The notes below the pieces were generated by a model. That model was not told the DNA's origin, searched no databases, and was given only the letters and a program-made list of their open reading frames with translations. A DNA stretch of 64,000 nucleotides from Parcubacteria group bacterium (GTDB lineage Bacteria > Patescibacteriota > Minisyncoccia > Moranbacterales > UBA2206), in contig JBAZUU010000001.1 in the NCBI GenBank assembly GCA_041661275.1, positions 229,057 to 293,056 on the forward strand, in the 5' to 3' direction. Made by a program: the position numbers and the translations under genes. Position 1 is the stretch's first letter. Every line of letters begins with the position of its first letter. This document shows positions 10,760-21,840 of this stretch, in pieces.

Positions 10760-11315
10760 TAATTTTGGATTGGATGAATCCGAGCACTTTCTCAAAAACT
10801 TGTTCTGGATCCAGATCGGTAGTATCTACTACGAAATCGTAATTATTCTTGTTTCTGATATTTATCCCGTAATATTGCATATATCTCTTATCATCAGTTT
10901 CTCTTCTTTCCTGAACTTTTTTCATAACGTAATCTACGGAAGCGGGCGGTTTTTTTGTTTCATTCCTGTTGTTCTTTTCCAGAATCTCTTTATATATACG
11001 CTTAGCGCCTTCCTCTTCGGCTACTTTCAGATAAATTTTTATAGAATTTGGGATGAAATGCCAGGCTACCCGGCTATCAATGATAAAGTTATCCTGTTCT
11101 TTAGATAATTTTATTACATAATCATCAACTTCTTTATCTATGCTAGGATCGGTTTCGCCTAGCTTTAGATATTCAACCAAACTCAACCCTCTTTTTTTAG
11201 ACATTTCGCGGAAAATTTCTCCGGTCGTGTATCGGGTAAAATTTATTTTTTCTGCCAATTTTTTGGCAACCGTAGTTTTTCCCGATCCCTCGTCGCCGTT
11301 GATAGTTATGATCAT
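10743..11315 (-). CDS. cmk: cytidylate kinase (archaeal-type)
   Basis: IITINGDEGSGKTT, GEIFRE, DSR, RYMQYYGI. Confidence 0.85.
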   Translation of the reverse strand: MIITINGDEGSGKTTVAKKLAEKINFTRYTTGEIFREMSKKRGLSLVEYLKLGETDPSIDKEVDDYVIKLSKEQDNFIIDSRVAWHFIPNSIKIYLKVAEEEGAKRIYKEILEKNNRNETKKPPASVDYVMKKVQERRETDDKRYMQYYGINIRNKNNYDFVVDTTDLDPEQVFEKVLGFIQSKINEKSS

Positions 11316-11325
11316 ACTTTTTTAT

Positions 11326-12672
11326 TTATTTTTCCTCTTTTTTACTTTTCTTTGTCTTCTTAGGCTTTTCGCCTTCTTCTTTTTTCGCCTTTTTTTCTTT
11401 TTTCTCTGTCTTTTCCTCTTTCCTTTCAGTCTTTTCGGCTTTTTTTGCTTTCTTTTTGTCCGCCAAAACTAAGCCCATGCGATGTTCTTTTGGTTCAATA
11501 GAAAGTATCTGCCATTGGTATTTTTCTCCGTTTTTGATCAGTTCGTCGAGCGTTTTTCCAGGATAAGCTTCGCTCATCTCGGAGATGTGCGCCAAACCAT
11601 GGATGTCTTTGTCGAGATAAACAAAAGCACCAAAAGGATTTATCTTATGTACAGTTCCAGTAACAATATCGTTCACTTTATATTTCTTTTCTACTTCACT
11701 CCAAGGATCTTTCTGGAGAGCGCGCATAGAAAGAGAAATTTTGTCGGCGTCTATACCGATAATTTTTGCTTCTACCCGGTCGCCAACTTTCACAATAGTC
11801 CTTGGGTCTTCAATGAGTTGCCAGGCTAATTCTGATATGTGGACCAATCCTTCCATCTTTTCACCGTCAGTTGTTTCTTCGCTATTTTTTCCGGGAGCGG
11901 AAAATTTTACGAAAGCTCCAAAGTCAACTACGCCACTCACTTCACCACTCACAACATCGCCAACGGCCATATTGGAAATGATTTCTCTATCTTTGTCGGA
12001 AGTAGCCGCTTTTTCACTAACAATCAGTTTTTGTGATTCTCGGTCAGCGTCCAAAATCTTTACTTCCAGTTCTTTGCCGATCAATTTTTTCAAGAGATTT
12101 AATATCTTATTCTTGTCACCATCTTCAACTCTTGGATAGTTTTTGCTGGAAAGCTGGGAAACGGGCAAAAATCCGGAAATTCCGTTGACTTCAACCAAAA
12201 GTCCGCCTTTGTTAGCGCTAAGAATTTTTGTACCGATCTTTTCCTGGGTATCACGCTTAGATTCGATGTCATCCCATGCCTTTTCATAAGAAGCTTCACG
12301 GATGGAAAGTTCGATATATCCATCTTCATTTTCCGTTTCCGTGACCACTGCTGTCACCTCATCACCGATTTTCAATTTTCCCGCGGCCATTCCGTCTTTG
12401 ATCTCTTTTCCCATGACCACTCCGGTGCCAAAAGGCGCCAGGTCCATATATATTTCAGAGGTAGAAACCTCGATTACACGCCCAACGATCGTTTCGCCTA
12501 CAGTTGGATATGTAATCGGATTTTTTCCGATCAATTTTCCCATTAAAGTTTCATCCTTGACTTCTTCTTTGGCATCTTTCACGCTTTTCTTTTCTTTTTT
12601 AGCGCTTTCTACAATTTCAGTGTCAGAAATTTTGTCCACTTCTTTAGCCAGATTGTCCAATATGTCGTTCAT
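11326..12672 (-). CDS. rpsA: 30S ribosomal protein S1
   Basis: Repeated S1 domains (FGAFV, GLVHISEL) with a Lys-rich tail. Confidence 0.9.
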   Translation of the reverse strand: MNDILDNLAKEVDKISDTEIVESAKKEKKSVKDAKEEVKDETLMGKLIGKNPITYPTVGETIVGRVIEVSTSEIYMDLAPFGTGVVMGKEIKDGMAAGKLKIGDEVTAVVTETENEDGYIELSIREASYEKAWDDIESKRDTQEKIGTKILSANKGGLLVEVNGISGFLPVSQLSSKNYPRVEDGDKNKILNLLKKLIGKELEVKILDADRESQKLIVSEKAATSDKDREIISNMAVGDVVSGEVSGVVDFGAFVKFSAPGKNSEETTDGEKMEGLVHISELAWQLIEDPRTIVKVGDRVEAKIIGIDADKISLSMRALQKDPWSEVEKKYKVNDIVTGTVHKINPFGAFVYLDKDIHGLAHISEMSEAYPGKTLDELIKNGEKYQWQILSIEPKEHRMGLVLADKKKAKKAEKTERKEEKTEKKEKKAKKEEGEKPKKTKKSKKEEK

Positions 12673-12830
12673 TTTTGTGTGAATAATAAATTAATGATTA
12701 ATAAGTATTAAAACAAAAAATTCCCTAAAAAAGGAATTATTAAGAAAGTGTTCGGGAATTAAAGCATTCCCTATTTGATTTTTCTTAATAATTATATAGT
12801 AAAGTATAGTTTAGGCCTTAGATTTTGTCA

Positions 12831-12901
12831 ACCCCGCACTAACTTTGCACCAGCACAAAGTGCTGAATTGGCCAAGGGCCAGTGCAAAGTTAGTGCGGGG
12901 T
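12831..12901. repeat. miniature inverted-repeat element (CCCCGCAC family)
   Basis: 20-bp perfect IR ACCCCGCACTAACTTTGCAC...GTGCAAAGTTAGTGCGGGGT. Confidence 0.85.
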
Positions 12902-13447
12902 CAAATTCTTATGCCTTTTTACTAAATATATCACGAGATAGGCTAAAATAATCAATGAATAGTTGGTTATCATAAACCAGGGTGTGCCCCAATGGACACC
13001 ATTCACCTTAAAATCGGAAAAAGGCCAAAGGAAGGGCGTAGGATAGAAATCATAGGAATGAGACGGAATGTCCATAATAATATGAATGATCCAGCCAAGC
13101 ATTTCCCACACTGGTCGTCTAAAAATCAGCCAAATTAGGCCGAAAATAAGGAAAAATATGAGCAGACTATGGCTTAGGTTATACAGATGATGGGTCAAAT
13201 TGTTGATAACAAGCCCATTTCCGGTGGCTGGCTCCATGTGGGCCGGTCCTGGATGGTCCATTTTAGGAATTCCTGGGAATATATATGAGGCGAACATATA
13301 TATGAAAGCCGGCGCGAAAGCAAAAACATCCGGAAAAACGCCAAAAACCACCATTTTCCACGTTTTTAACGGTTTTTTCTTGAATATTTTAATATTCCCA
13401 GCCTTCGAAGCTGCCCCAGCCCAAAGGCCGTGTGCGAAAACATCCAT
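12890..13447 (-). CDS. membrane-bound metal-dependent hydrolase (YdjM-like)
   Basis: N-terminal H, GVFPD, SHSL, HIIMD and FLWP motifs. Confidence 0.75.
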   Translation of the reverse strand: MDVFAHGLWAGAASKAGNIKIFKKKPLKTWKMVVFGVFPDVFAFAPAFIYMFASYIFPGIPKMDHPGPAHMEPATGNGLVINNLTHHLYNLSHSLLIFFLIFGLIWLIFRRPVWEMLGWIIHIIMDIPSHSYDFYPTPFLWPFSDFKVNGVHWGTPWFMITNYSLIILAYLVIYLVKRHKNLTPH

Positions 13448-13587
13448 CCGGTAGTAGAATTTCGACTGAGTTTTCCTCTGGAAAACTCAAATCAAAACTA
13501 AATAAAATTAATTAAACTTCTAATTAAATACAATTTAATGAATATATAATGACTAAGATTTTAAAAGTCGAAATTTCACTACCGGAT
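13446..13587. repeat. 142-bp element with 22-bp terminal inverted repeats
   Basis: ATCCGGTAGTAGAATTTCGACT ... AGTCGAAATTTCACTACCGGAT (20/22 match). Confidence 0.75.
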
Positions 13588-13590
13588 CCA

Positions 13591-13854
13591 TCAGCGTTTT
13601 TTATAAAAATACTCTTTTAGCCTTCTCTTTAATAACCTCCTACCATGACTAGTTTTGAAATATTTCTCTCGCCTCTTAGCATCATTTTCATTTAAAACTG
13701 CTTCATAATAAATTAATTTCCATGGCATATATCTTTTTGTCGATTGCGATATTCCTGAATTATGTTCTTCAAATCTTCTTTTTAGGTCAGTAGTATAGCC
13801 AATATAGAGTTCGCTATTTTTCAAGCTTTCTAGTATATATGTATAATAAAACAT
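13591..13854 (-). CDS. stand-alone GIY-YIG nuclease
   Basis: YTYIL...LYIGYT...RRFEEHN...REKYFK. Confidence 0.9.
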   Translation of the reverse strand: MFYYTYILESLKNSELYIGYTTDLKRRFEEHNSGISQSTKRYMPWKLIYYEAVLNENDAKRREKYFKTSHGRRLLKRRLKEYFYKKR

Positions 13855-13969
13855 TTTTTTTGTTTTCTCTATTATTACACACTTTAACCAAATAAAATAG
13901 CCCGCATAATCCTCTCTCCTCCTTAAAGAGTGGAAAATGCGGGCGGGTGTTTGTTGACGGTTGTGTTTG

Positions 13970-14803
13970 TCAGGCTGCTTTGGCAGCGAGGGCCAGAATC
14001 TCTTTCTGGACGTCCGGATCCTGAAAATGGCCAGGATTATTCTGGAAGTCGCAAATCACGCGATATTCGTCCGGACGCATTACTTTTTGTAGCTTGGGCA
14101 GCTTTTCATCAAACTCAATAATGTAGTTGACTTCCAGTTCAGCGGGAACCAAACCGAGTTCCGGATTGAAAGCAAAATCGGACGCCTTTTTTCGGTTGTT
14201 TGCGCTTCTATTCAAGGTGTAAAAAACCTTGTTGCAAGTGACCGATATCCTGCTTTGCTGGGCTGCCCAGAGCACGATGAGTCTGGCAATCAGTTTACTT
14301 CCCAGATCGTTTGCCATATCGTCGAATATGCCGACGATATCACCATTTCGGAGACGGGCCTCGACAAATTCCTTCTGGCCGTACTGCTGCGCAGAGTCCG
14401 TGCTGATTTTTCGAAGCAGATCCATGCACTCTTGTGGAGTGCGGACTTTTTCAGGCAGTGGCCTTGTGTAACCGATCCGGCGACTCCGATCGTTGTAGGC
14501 GAGCGAAGCGACAGCTGTTCCTCCGATGAGTGGAACTCCTGCCATTTCAATTCCGATGAGGACATCAAGGCTATGGACGAGGATGAGATCGGCCATCGCT
14601 CTGCATACATCATGAAAAAGCTTGGCGGAATCGCCGATCGGTCGCATGTTGTAAAACCAGGGTGCCCAACTATCGTTTTTTAGTGTCCAGCCTTCCAGAC
14701 GGTTCTTTTCTTTTGCCGCGTTCCAGAGAGTTTGTAAATACATCTCTCTATAGAGCGGAATTATGAGCAGATCTGCCCATTCTTCTTTTGATCGGTAGGC
14801 CAT
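13970..14803 (-). CDS. orotate phosphoribosyltransferase-like protein (divergent)
   Basis: LKNDSWAPWFYNMR, IGIEMAGVP and PRPP-loop-like GIFDDMANDLGSK; follows pyrF. Confidence 0.65.
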   Translation of the reverse strand: MAYRSKEEWADLLIIPLYREMYLQTLWNAAKEKNRLEGWTLKNDSWAPWFYNMRPIGDSAKLFHDVCRAMADLILVHSLDVLIGIEMAGVPLIGGTAVASLAYNDRSRRIGYTRPLPEKVRTPQECMDLLRKISTDSAQQYGQKEFVEARLRNGDIVGIFDDMANDLGSKLIARLIVLWAAQQSRISVTCNKVFYTLNRSANNRKKASDFAFNPELGLVPAELEVNYIIEFDEKLPKLQKVMRPDEYRVICDFQNNPGHFQDPDVQKEILALAAKAA

Positions 14804-14846
14804 CTTTTCCGTCCTTTCTTGAAATAGAGGAGAAGCTGGCTGCTGA

Positions 14847-15752
14847 TTAGGCGGCGTGCACAAGAGCTTCGTTGATGTTCCTTTGCATTTTCATGGCGAC
14901 CTTAGCTGATGCTTCTGCAAAATCGGGGCCGTCGGAAGCGAAATCGATCTCGGAGGCGCTGTTGATGGACATGCTTCCCTCTCCCCGATAGCCCGCCTTG
15001 ACGGTCTGAAAAATGAATCCGCCTTGAGTTCCGACCCCCGGGACCAGAAACCACAGGTAATCCTTGACGATTTCTCGGCAACGGGAAAGATGCCAGGAAA
15101 AAATGTTGCCGGATCCTTTTTCTTCCGGCGGTTCGTAGGCGGCGGCCATCACGAGACCGGCGTCAGCCTGTACGCCGAACTTTTCTGACCAGGCCAGTAC
15201 GCGTTCCGCAATGAATTCCCAGTAATGTCTGCCGTCGGCCAGTTTGATGTCCTGGACTTCCCGTGCGGAAGGGTTGCTGGTGTAGCACAAACTGACGATA
15301 GCCCGGCCGGGCGTGGCATTACTTATCAGGCTTTCCATGCATTCTGAACCCATATAGGGGCCGAAGTTCATGCCATCGACCCCGTCGATTTCCAAATGAG
15401 CAATACGGTAGCGTTGCTGTGTCCGACCGATATCTCCACGCTTGCAGTCCAGAAAGACTGGGATGCTGGGATGGAACTTGTGGATATGATCGACAATGGC
15501 CTGAAGAGCCAGTCGCCCCCCCTCAAAGGCCTCGTAATGAGCGACCTGCGGTTTGAAGTGTAACGTGTACGGCGCTGTCGAATCCACGATTTCTGTCATC
15601 CATTTGGCGCATCGGCGCCAGTCGCTTGGAAAAGATCTGCGAACAATATCCGGACATTTTTCCATTATTGGGTCCAGACCAACGCAAACCAGTGACTTGA
15701 CTTTTCTTTCACGCAATACCAGTTTTTGTCTGAAACCTATTGCCTCACTCAT
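14847..15752 (-). CDS. pyrF: orotidine-5'-phosphate decarboxylase
   Basis: VCVGLDP, FKPQ, DCKRGDIGRT, TSNP, LVPGVGTQGG. Confidence 0.9.
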   Translation of the reverse strand: MSEAIGFRQKLVLRERKVKSLVCVGLDPIMEKCPDIVRRSFPSDWRRCAKWMTEIVDSTAPYTLHFKPQVAHYEAFEGGRLALQAIVDHIHKFHPSIPVFLDCKRGDIGRTQQRYRIAHLEIDGVDGMNFGPYMGSECMESLISNATPGRAIVSLCYTSNPSAREVQDIKLADGRHYWEFIAERVLAWSEKFGVQADAGLVMAAAYEPPEEKGSGNIFSWHLSRCREIVKDYLWFLVPGVGTQGGFIFQTVKAGYRGEGSMSINSASEIDFASDGPDFAEASAKVAMKMQRNINEALVHAA

Positions 15753-16098
15753 GATTTTCTCCCTTTTCATTTTTTCGCGCGAATTCATTCCCGGCGGCAA
15801 CGATTGCCACCAGATCCATAGCCCTTTTTTCTGTAATTTTCTCCTATTTTGTAAATGCAATTCAATTTTTCGCAAAGTCAAATTTCAACGAACTGTTTAA
15901 AAAATCCCAAAGAAAAATTTCTCCTTGAGCCTCCTTAGCCAATTTTTAATCTATCTTAAACCTACGGCAAAATCCCCCATCCGTCAACAAAAATCCATCC
16001 AAAATACTCTCGACAACGCCTGTTTATTATGATAATATGACATAGTATTGTATCTTTTTTATACAAAATACTATATACTAAATACCAAATACTATTCT

Positions 16099-16758
16099 AT
16101 GATTATCCAATACTACGGGCATTCTTGCTTTAAAATAACCACAAAACCGGCCGGACGAGGACAAGATGATGTGACGATGTTCATCGATCCTTTTGACAAA
16201 GCCATTGGTCTTCGTCCGCCACAAGGACAAGCAGATTTGGTTTTGGTGACACACGACCATCATGACCATAATAATGTCGAAGCGATCAAAGGTGAACCAT
16301 ATATCATCGACATTCCGGGAGAATATTCGGTCAAAGGTGTCAATATTGTCGGAATGAAGACGTTCCATGACAAAAAAGAAGGCGCTGAACGCGGAGCTAA
16401 TACTATATATATACTAGAAACAGAAGAATTGCGGATCTGCCATATGGGTGATTTGGGGCATTCTCTCTCTGAAAAGGAGCTGGAAGCGATAAATGGTGTG
16501 AATATTTTGATGATTCCCATTGGCGGAAAATATACGCTCGACGGAAAAGAAGCGGTTGATATAATCAAAAAGATTGAGCCGGAAATTGTTATTCCAATTC
16601 ACTATAAAATAAGTGGGTCAACAGTGGACGTGGATGACGAGAAAAAGTTTTGCAAAGAAATTGGAAACTGTCCGAAAGAAAAAGTAACAAAGATCAATAT
16701 CAAGAAAAAAGATTTGGAGGGAAAAAGTATGGAAGTAATACTTATGGGAGTCGAATAA
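16099..16758 (+). CDS. MBL-fold metallo-hydrolase
   Basis: YGHSCF, THDHHDH, HMGDLG, IPIHY. Confidence 0.9.
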   Translation: MIIQYYGHSCFKITTKPAGRGQDDVTMFIDPFDKAIGLRPPQGQADLVLVTHDHHDHNNVEAIKGEPYIIDIPGEYSVKGVNIVGMKTFHDKKEGAERGANTIYILETEELRICHMGDLGHSLSEKELEAINGVNILMIPIGGKYTLDGKEAVDIIKKIEPEIVIPIHYKISGSTVDVDDEKKFCKEIGNCPKEKVTKINIKKKDLEGKSMEVILMGVE

Positions 16759-16782
16759 AAATTTAAAAATATTTATAACTAC

Positions 16783-17106
16783 ATGGGGTTTATACAGAAC
16801 AAAATAAACGAAATAAGAAAAAAGCCAGAACATATCAGGATCCGTTACGCTTGGGCTTGTGCTGCTGGCGTAACATTTTTGGTCATCATCATCTGGATCG
16901 TTTCTCTCACTGCTAAGAATCAGGACGAAATTACCAATCAGGAAATTTTTACTCCAGAACAGATGAAACCGATCGAAGACCTGAAAACTAGTGGACAAGA
17001 TCTGAAGAACGCTACGGATAAATTGAAAGATGCCGCAGGAAATGCCCAAAACCAACAGAAGATCAGTAATCCGCAGAATCCGGGAGAAGGATTTAATAAC
17101 CAATAA
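16783..17106 (+). CDS. single-TM hypothetical protein
   Basis: KKPEHIR followed by a TM helix and a polar tail. Confidence 0.7.
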   Translation: MGFIQNKINEIRKKPEHIRIRYAWACAAGVTFLVIIIWIVSLTAKNQDEITNQEIFTPEQMKPIEDLKTSGQDLKNATDKLKDAAGNAQNQQKISNPQNPGEGFNNQ

Positions 17107-17109
17107 GAA

Positions 17110-17255
17110 TTGGAATTTCTAATTTTCAATTTCTAATTTCTAAACAATTTCTAATTTCTAAACAATTTCTAATTTTTCAATGACTAAATTTCCAAATTGA
17201 AGAATTAAAACATTGGAAATTGTTTGAAAATTGAAAATTATAAATTGAAAATTAG
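17110..17255. repeat. 7-nt-periodic AT-rich foldback repeat
   Basis: (AATTTCT)n-type units followed by complementary (TTGAAAA/ATTGGAA)n units. Confidence 0.7.
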
Positions 17256-17263
17256 TTTTCGTT

Positions 17264-20200
17264 ATGGAAAAAGATATCAAAAATACTAGCGTTATTCAAT
17301 CGCGGGAAATTACCGAAGAAATTTCGCAATCCTATTTGGATTATGCTATGAGCGTCATTGTCGCTCGCGCTTTGCCTGATGTTCGCGATGGCTTGAAGCC
17401 GGTTCACCGAAGAATCCTCTATTCCATGTGGAACACTGGTCTTCGCGCCAATGCTAAATTCCGAAAATCAGCCACAGTGGTCGGAGAAGTCTTGGGAAAA
17501 TATCACCCGCATGGCGACGTGGCGGTCTATGATTCTATGGTGAGAATGGCCCAGGATTTTTCTCTACGCTATCCATTGGTGCGCGGTCAGGGAAACTTCG
17601 GTTGTTTTACAAAAGACACTAGGGTCAAACTGGCTGATGGGCGGAATTTAAGCTTCGAAGATCTTATAAAAGAAGATAAACAGGGCAAAAAAAATTACAC
17701 CTATACGGTTAATTCTTTGGGTTTAATTTCAATAGCTCAAATAAAAAAACCTCGCCTTACCATTGAAAATGCAGAAGTCATTAGAGTTGTGCTGGACAAT
17801 GGGCAGAAAATTAAATGTACTCCTAATCATTTGTTTATGCTCAAAAACGGCCAATATGAAGAAGCGCAAAATCTGAAAAAAGAGGATTCTCTAATGCCGT
17901 TATATGAAAAGTTATCGGAAAAAACTGATAGGCTAAATCGTGAAGGATATACTCTAGTATACCAGCCCAAAAAAGACGAATGGGTTCCCGTGCACCACCT
18001 GGCTGATAATTTCAATTTGACTGTTGGAAAATACATAAAAAGTGTCGGTAGGGTAAGGCATCATTCGGATTTCAATAAACTTAATAACAGTCCTGAAAAT
18101 ATTGTCAGAATGAATTGGAAAGAGCATTGGAGCGTTCATTATGAAAACGCTTCCTTGTTGCATAAAAGCGCGAATTATCGCCAAAAAATTAAAGAAGGTC
18201 GGGATAAATATTGGTCAGACTCTCAAGTTCGAGAGCAATATGCAAAGCGTTTATCTGAAAGGAATGTGATAAATTGGGAAAATCCGGAATATCGGGAAAA
18301 GATGCGTCTTTTTTTGAGCGAGATGAATAAGCAGTATATGAAAGATCATCCGGAAAAACGCCAGGAAATTAGTGAGCGCGCTACAAAAACTTTGAAAAGG
18401 CTTTGGAAAAATCCCGAGTATCGCGCGATAATGCATGAAAGAATAATCAAGGGAAACAAAAATCACAAAACCAATAAAACCGGCAGGTTAAAGTTCCTCA
18501 ATGTTTGTAAGGAAATTATTGCAAAAAATCTTGAGATAAATGAAAAAAATTATTCTCAATTCAGAAAAAAAGTTTATGCCTATGGAGCGGCAACGCTATG
18601 GGAGACAGGATTGAATAAATATTTTCAAAATAGTCCTGACCTGATTCGACAGGAAATAAGCAAAAATCACAGAATCGTTAGGATCGAAAAGATAAAAGAA
18701 AAAGAAGATGTGTTTGACCTTACGATTGATAATTCTCACAACTTTTGTTTGGGTGCCGGAGTATTTGTTCATAACTCGATGGATGGTGATAGCGCGGCAG
18801 CCTATCGTTATACAGAAGCCAAGCTTTCTGTCATTGCTGAAGAAATGCTTATTGACATCGAAAAGAATACTGTCGATTTTGTGCCGAACTTTGACGGACA
18901 GCACAAAGAACCAACTGTTCTTCCCGCCGGACTCCCTCAGCTTCTTCTCAACGGTTCTATGGGAATCGCTGTCGGGATGGCGACAAACATCCCTCCGCAT
19001 AATTTAGGCGAACTTATCGACGGCATCAATTGTCTTATTGAAAATCCGGACGCGGAAATTTCTGATCTCGCGGAATTTGTGAAAGGTCCGGACTTCCCTA
19101 CTGGTGGTATAATTTACAACAAAAAAGACATCCTGGAAGCCTACAAGACCGGACGGGGAAAAATTCTCACGCGAGCCAAGGCGGAAATCGTGGAAACAAA
19201 AGCCGGTGCGTTTCAAATCATTGTGAGCGAAATGACTTATGCCACTAACAAAGCGACAATGATTGAGCGAATGGCTGATCTGGTGCATGAAGGAAAAATT
19301 GTCGGTATTAGGGACATTCGAGATGAATCAGACAAGGAAGGAGTGCGGCTGGTCATTGAGCTCAAAAAAGACGCTTATCCGCAAAAAGTTTTGAATAAAC
19401 TATATTCCCTCACCGATCTCCAAAAAAACTTTGGAGTGAATATGTTGGCGCTGGTCGGTGGCATTGAACCGCAGATCTTGAACCTGAAAGATATTTTGGA
19501 AGAATATATCGAACACCGAAAAATTGTCATCACTCGCCGGACTAAATATGATCTGGAAAAAGCACGAGACCGGGCGCATATTTTAGAGGGCTTGAAAATC
19601 GCTCTTGATCATATCGACGCGGTGATAGAAACAATCAAAAAATCAGAAACCAAGGAAATTGCTCATGTCAATTTGATGAAAAAATTCAAATTATCCGACA
19701 GACAGGCTACAGCAATTCTCGAAATGAGATTGCAAACTTTGGCGGGGCTAGAGCAAAAGAAAATCGAAGACGAGCTAGCCGAAAAACTGAAACTGATTGC
19801 GGAGCTCGAAGCTATTCTAAAGAGTGAAAAGAAAATTTTAGGAATAGTCAAAGATGAGTTGGCGCGCGTCAAAGAAAAATATGGCGATGAGAGAAAAACC
19901 AAGATCGTGAAAGGCGGCATCACCGAATTCAAGCAAGAAGACCTTGTGCCGAACGATGAAGCGATAATCACTATTTCCAAAGAAGGATATATTAAAAGAA
20001 TGGATCCGGCCGTATACAAAGTTCAGCGTCGGGGCGGAAAAGGAGTGATTGGCGCCACCACCAAAGAAGGCGATGAAATTTCTGAAATGCTGGGCGTTAT
20101 GGCGCACGACAATCTTCTCTTTTTCACCAACACCGGAAAAGTTTTCCAGACGAAAGCTTATGAAATTCCCGCTTCCACCCGGATCGCCAAAGGCCAGTCC

Positions 20201-20884
20201 ATTGTCAATTTCCTTTCACTTTCCAGTGAAGAAAAAATAACCGCGTTGGTGGCGTCTGGAAAAGATGACGCCTATAAATATATGTTTATGGCCACGGAAA
20301 ACGGCACAGTGAAAAAAACATCGATCGAAGAATTTGAAAATGTCAGGCGTTCCGGACTCATCGCGATAAAGCTGGAAAAAGGTGACGCGCTTTCCTGGGC
20401 GGAAGCGACATCGGGATCTGACGAGGTAGTCATCACTACGCAAAAAGGACAAGCCATCCGCTTTCGCGAATCCGATGTCCGTCCGATGGGTCGTGCTGCA
20501 GCGGGAGTGCGTGGCATCAAACTAAAAACCGAAGACAAAGTGGTCGGGATGGATGTCGTTTTTAAAGGACAAAAAGGCAATCAGCTTTTGGTCATCGGAG
20601 AAAATGGATATGGAAAAAGATCAGATCTCAAATCATACAAAGTCCAGAAGCGCGGTGGGTCAGGAATCAAGACTGCTTCCATCACAGCCAAGACTGGAAA
20701 ACTGATCGGAGCGCAAGTAGTCAATCTTGATGATATTGAACAAGATCTTATTATGACAAGTGAGAAAGGACAGATCATCCGCATTGAGCTAAAAACCGTC
20801 TCCGTCCTCGGCCGCGCGACGCAAGGTGTCAGGGTTATGCGTCCACAACCCGGCGACAAAGTTTCGGCGATAACGGTTTTGTAA
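17264..20884 (+). CDS. gyrA: DNA gyrase subunit A (intein-containing precursor)
   Basis: [22 protein letters not shown], active-site RYTE, GyrA-box QRRGGKG. Confidence 0.97.
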   Translation: MEKDIKNTSVIQSREITEEISQSYLDYAMSVIVARALPDVRDGLKPVHRRILYSMWNTGLRANAKFRKSATVVGEVLGKYHPHGDVAVYDSMVRMAQDFSLRYPLVRGQGNFGCFTKDTRVKLADGRNLSFEDLIKEDKQGKKNYTYTVNSLGLISIAQIKKPRLTIENAEVIRVVLDNGQKIKCTPNHLFMLKNGQYEEAQNLKKEDSLMPLYEKLSEKTDRLNREGYTLVYQPKKDEWVPVHHLADNFNLTVGKYIKSVGRVRHHSDFNKLNNSPENIVRMNWKEHWSVHYENASLLHKSANYRQKIKEGRDKYWSDSQVREQYAKRLSERNVINWENPEYREKMRLFLSEMNKQYMKDHPEKRQEISERATKTLKRLWKNPEYRAIMHERIIKGNKNHKTNKTGRLKFLNVCKEIIAKNLEINEKNYSQFRKKVYAYGAATLWETGLNKYFQNSPDLIRQEISKNHRIVRIEKIKEKEDVFDLTIDNSHNFCLGAGVFVHNSMDGDSAAAYRYTEAKLSVIAEEMLIDIEKNTVDFVPNFDGQHKEPTVLPAGLPQLLLNGSMGIAVGMATNIPPHNLGELIDGINCLIENPDAEISDLAEFVKGPDFPTGGIIYNKKDILEAYKTGRGKILTRAKAEIVETKAGAFQIIVSEMTYATNKATMIERMADLVHEGKIVGIRDIRDESDKEGVRLVIELKKDAYPQKVLNKLYSLTDLQKNFGVNMLALVGGIEPQILNLKDILEEYIEHRKIVITRRTKYDLEKARDRAHILEGLKIALDHIDAVIETIKKSETKEIAHVNLMKKFKLSDRQATAILEMRLQTLAGLEQKKIEDELAEKLKLIAELEAILKSEKKILGIVKDELARVKEKYGDERKTKIVKGGITEFKQEDLVPNDEAIITISKEGYIKRMDPAVYKVQRRGGKGVIGATTKEGDEISEMLGVMAHDNLLFFTNTGKVFQTKAYEIPASTRIAKGQSIVNFLSLSSEEKITALVASGKDDAYKYMFMATENGTVKKTSIEEFENVRRSGLIAIKLEKGDALSWAEATSGSDEVVITTQKGQAIRFRESDVRPMGRAAAGVRGIKLKTEDKVVGMDVVFKGQKGNQLLVIGENGYGKRSDLKSYKVQKRGGSGIKTASITAKTGKLIGAQVVNLDDIEQDLIMTSEKGQIIRIELKTVSVLGRATQGVRVMRPQPGDKVSAITVL
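17603..18775 (+). mobile_element. GyrA intein (391 aa) with HNH-type endonuclease
   Basis: GNFG|CFTKDT...CTPNH...VFDLTI..HNF..VFVHN|SMDGD; internal [14 protein letters not shown]. Confidence 0.93.
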
Positions 20885-21042
20885 AAATAACACAATATAA
20901 AATTTTGCAGGGGCAGACCTTGTGTCTGTCCTTTTTCCGTGTTTAAAAAATGTAGGGAATAAAAATTTTTGTTCCCTACTGTTGGTGTTCATAGGAAAAC
21001 AAAAAAGGAAGCGTCGAATTTTCAAACGCTTCCCTAGGTAAA

Positions 21043-21315
21043 TTAATTGCAACGCTTCCACTCTACGCGATAGTTGTTGATGAACATCCATCCTTCATCC
21101 GGAAGAACGTAAATAATTCTTCCGTCAGTGATGTAGATGTCAGCATCTTCAAGGTCGATTTCGTCTCCGACTTTCAAATTGGGAAAAGAGACATTGATAT
21201 CAAGATATGCTTCGCCGTATTTTGTTGCGACGATAGCGATTATTTTTTTGTCATCTTCGAAGCTGGTAATCTTGCCTGTTAGCGATGCGGGAATTTTTTC
21301 CATTGTTGTCTCCAA
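21043..21315 (-). CDS. hypothetical protein
   Basis: 90-aa ORF downstream of the 21708 ORF; GGAG before the internal ATG. Confidence 0.55.
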   Translation of the reverse strand: METTMEKIPASLTGKITSFEDDKKIIAIVATKYGEAYLDINVSFPNLKVGDEIDLEDADIYITDGRIIYVLPDEGWMFINNYRVEWKRCN

Positions 21316-21321
21316 AAGATA

Positions 21322-21708
21322 TCAATAGCGATCATCACATCGGACAAAAACGTACGGAGGATCTTCTTCTAGCCGATAAATATAATCTACATCTCTGTCC
21401 GTGGATTCTATTACATCTCGATCTTTTTTTATATAATATAACTCCTTCCAGTCGGACAGTGTCCCTATCGTTGTAAGTTTTGAAGCTTGGAGGTCTTCGA
21501 ACCATCTTTGCATCTTTTTGAGATGCTTAGGCGGTACATTTTCAATGGGATAGTTTGGGTCCGAAAGTGCTAAATATAATCCAATTGACGCTTCCAGGGA
21601 ACCGAAAGAGAACTCACTAAACTCTCCGGCCGCTATCTTTTTCAAGAGATTCTTCGCCTCTTCTACTATAAACTTGTCATATATTCGAAAAAACCCCTTT
21701 TTTGACAT
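21322..21708 (-). CDS. hypothetical protein
   Basis: 128-aa ORF with AAGGAG SD. Confidence 0.65.
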   Translation of the reverse strand: MSKKGFFRIYDKFIVEEAKNLLKKIAAGEFSEFSFGSLEASIGLYLALSDPNYPIENVPPKHLKKMQRWFEDLQASKLTTIGTLSDWKELYYIKKDRDVIESTDRDVDYIYRLEEDPPYVFVRCDDRY

Positions 21709-21840
21709 GACTACTCCTTTTTGATGACGGATTTAATTTCAATGAGCTATCATTTCACTTGAATTTTCCTTGAACAATTCAAGAAAAACTCGAGAAAATG
21801 TGGGAAGTTTTGAGGATAAACTTCCCGGAAACCATAGTGG

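Noticed and set aside
15748-15881. Upstream extension or leader peptide of pyrF
   Set aside because: The SD supports ATG 15752; the short upstream frame has no attenuator features I can support
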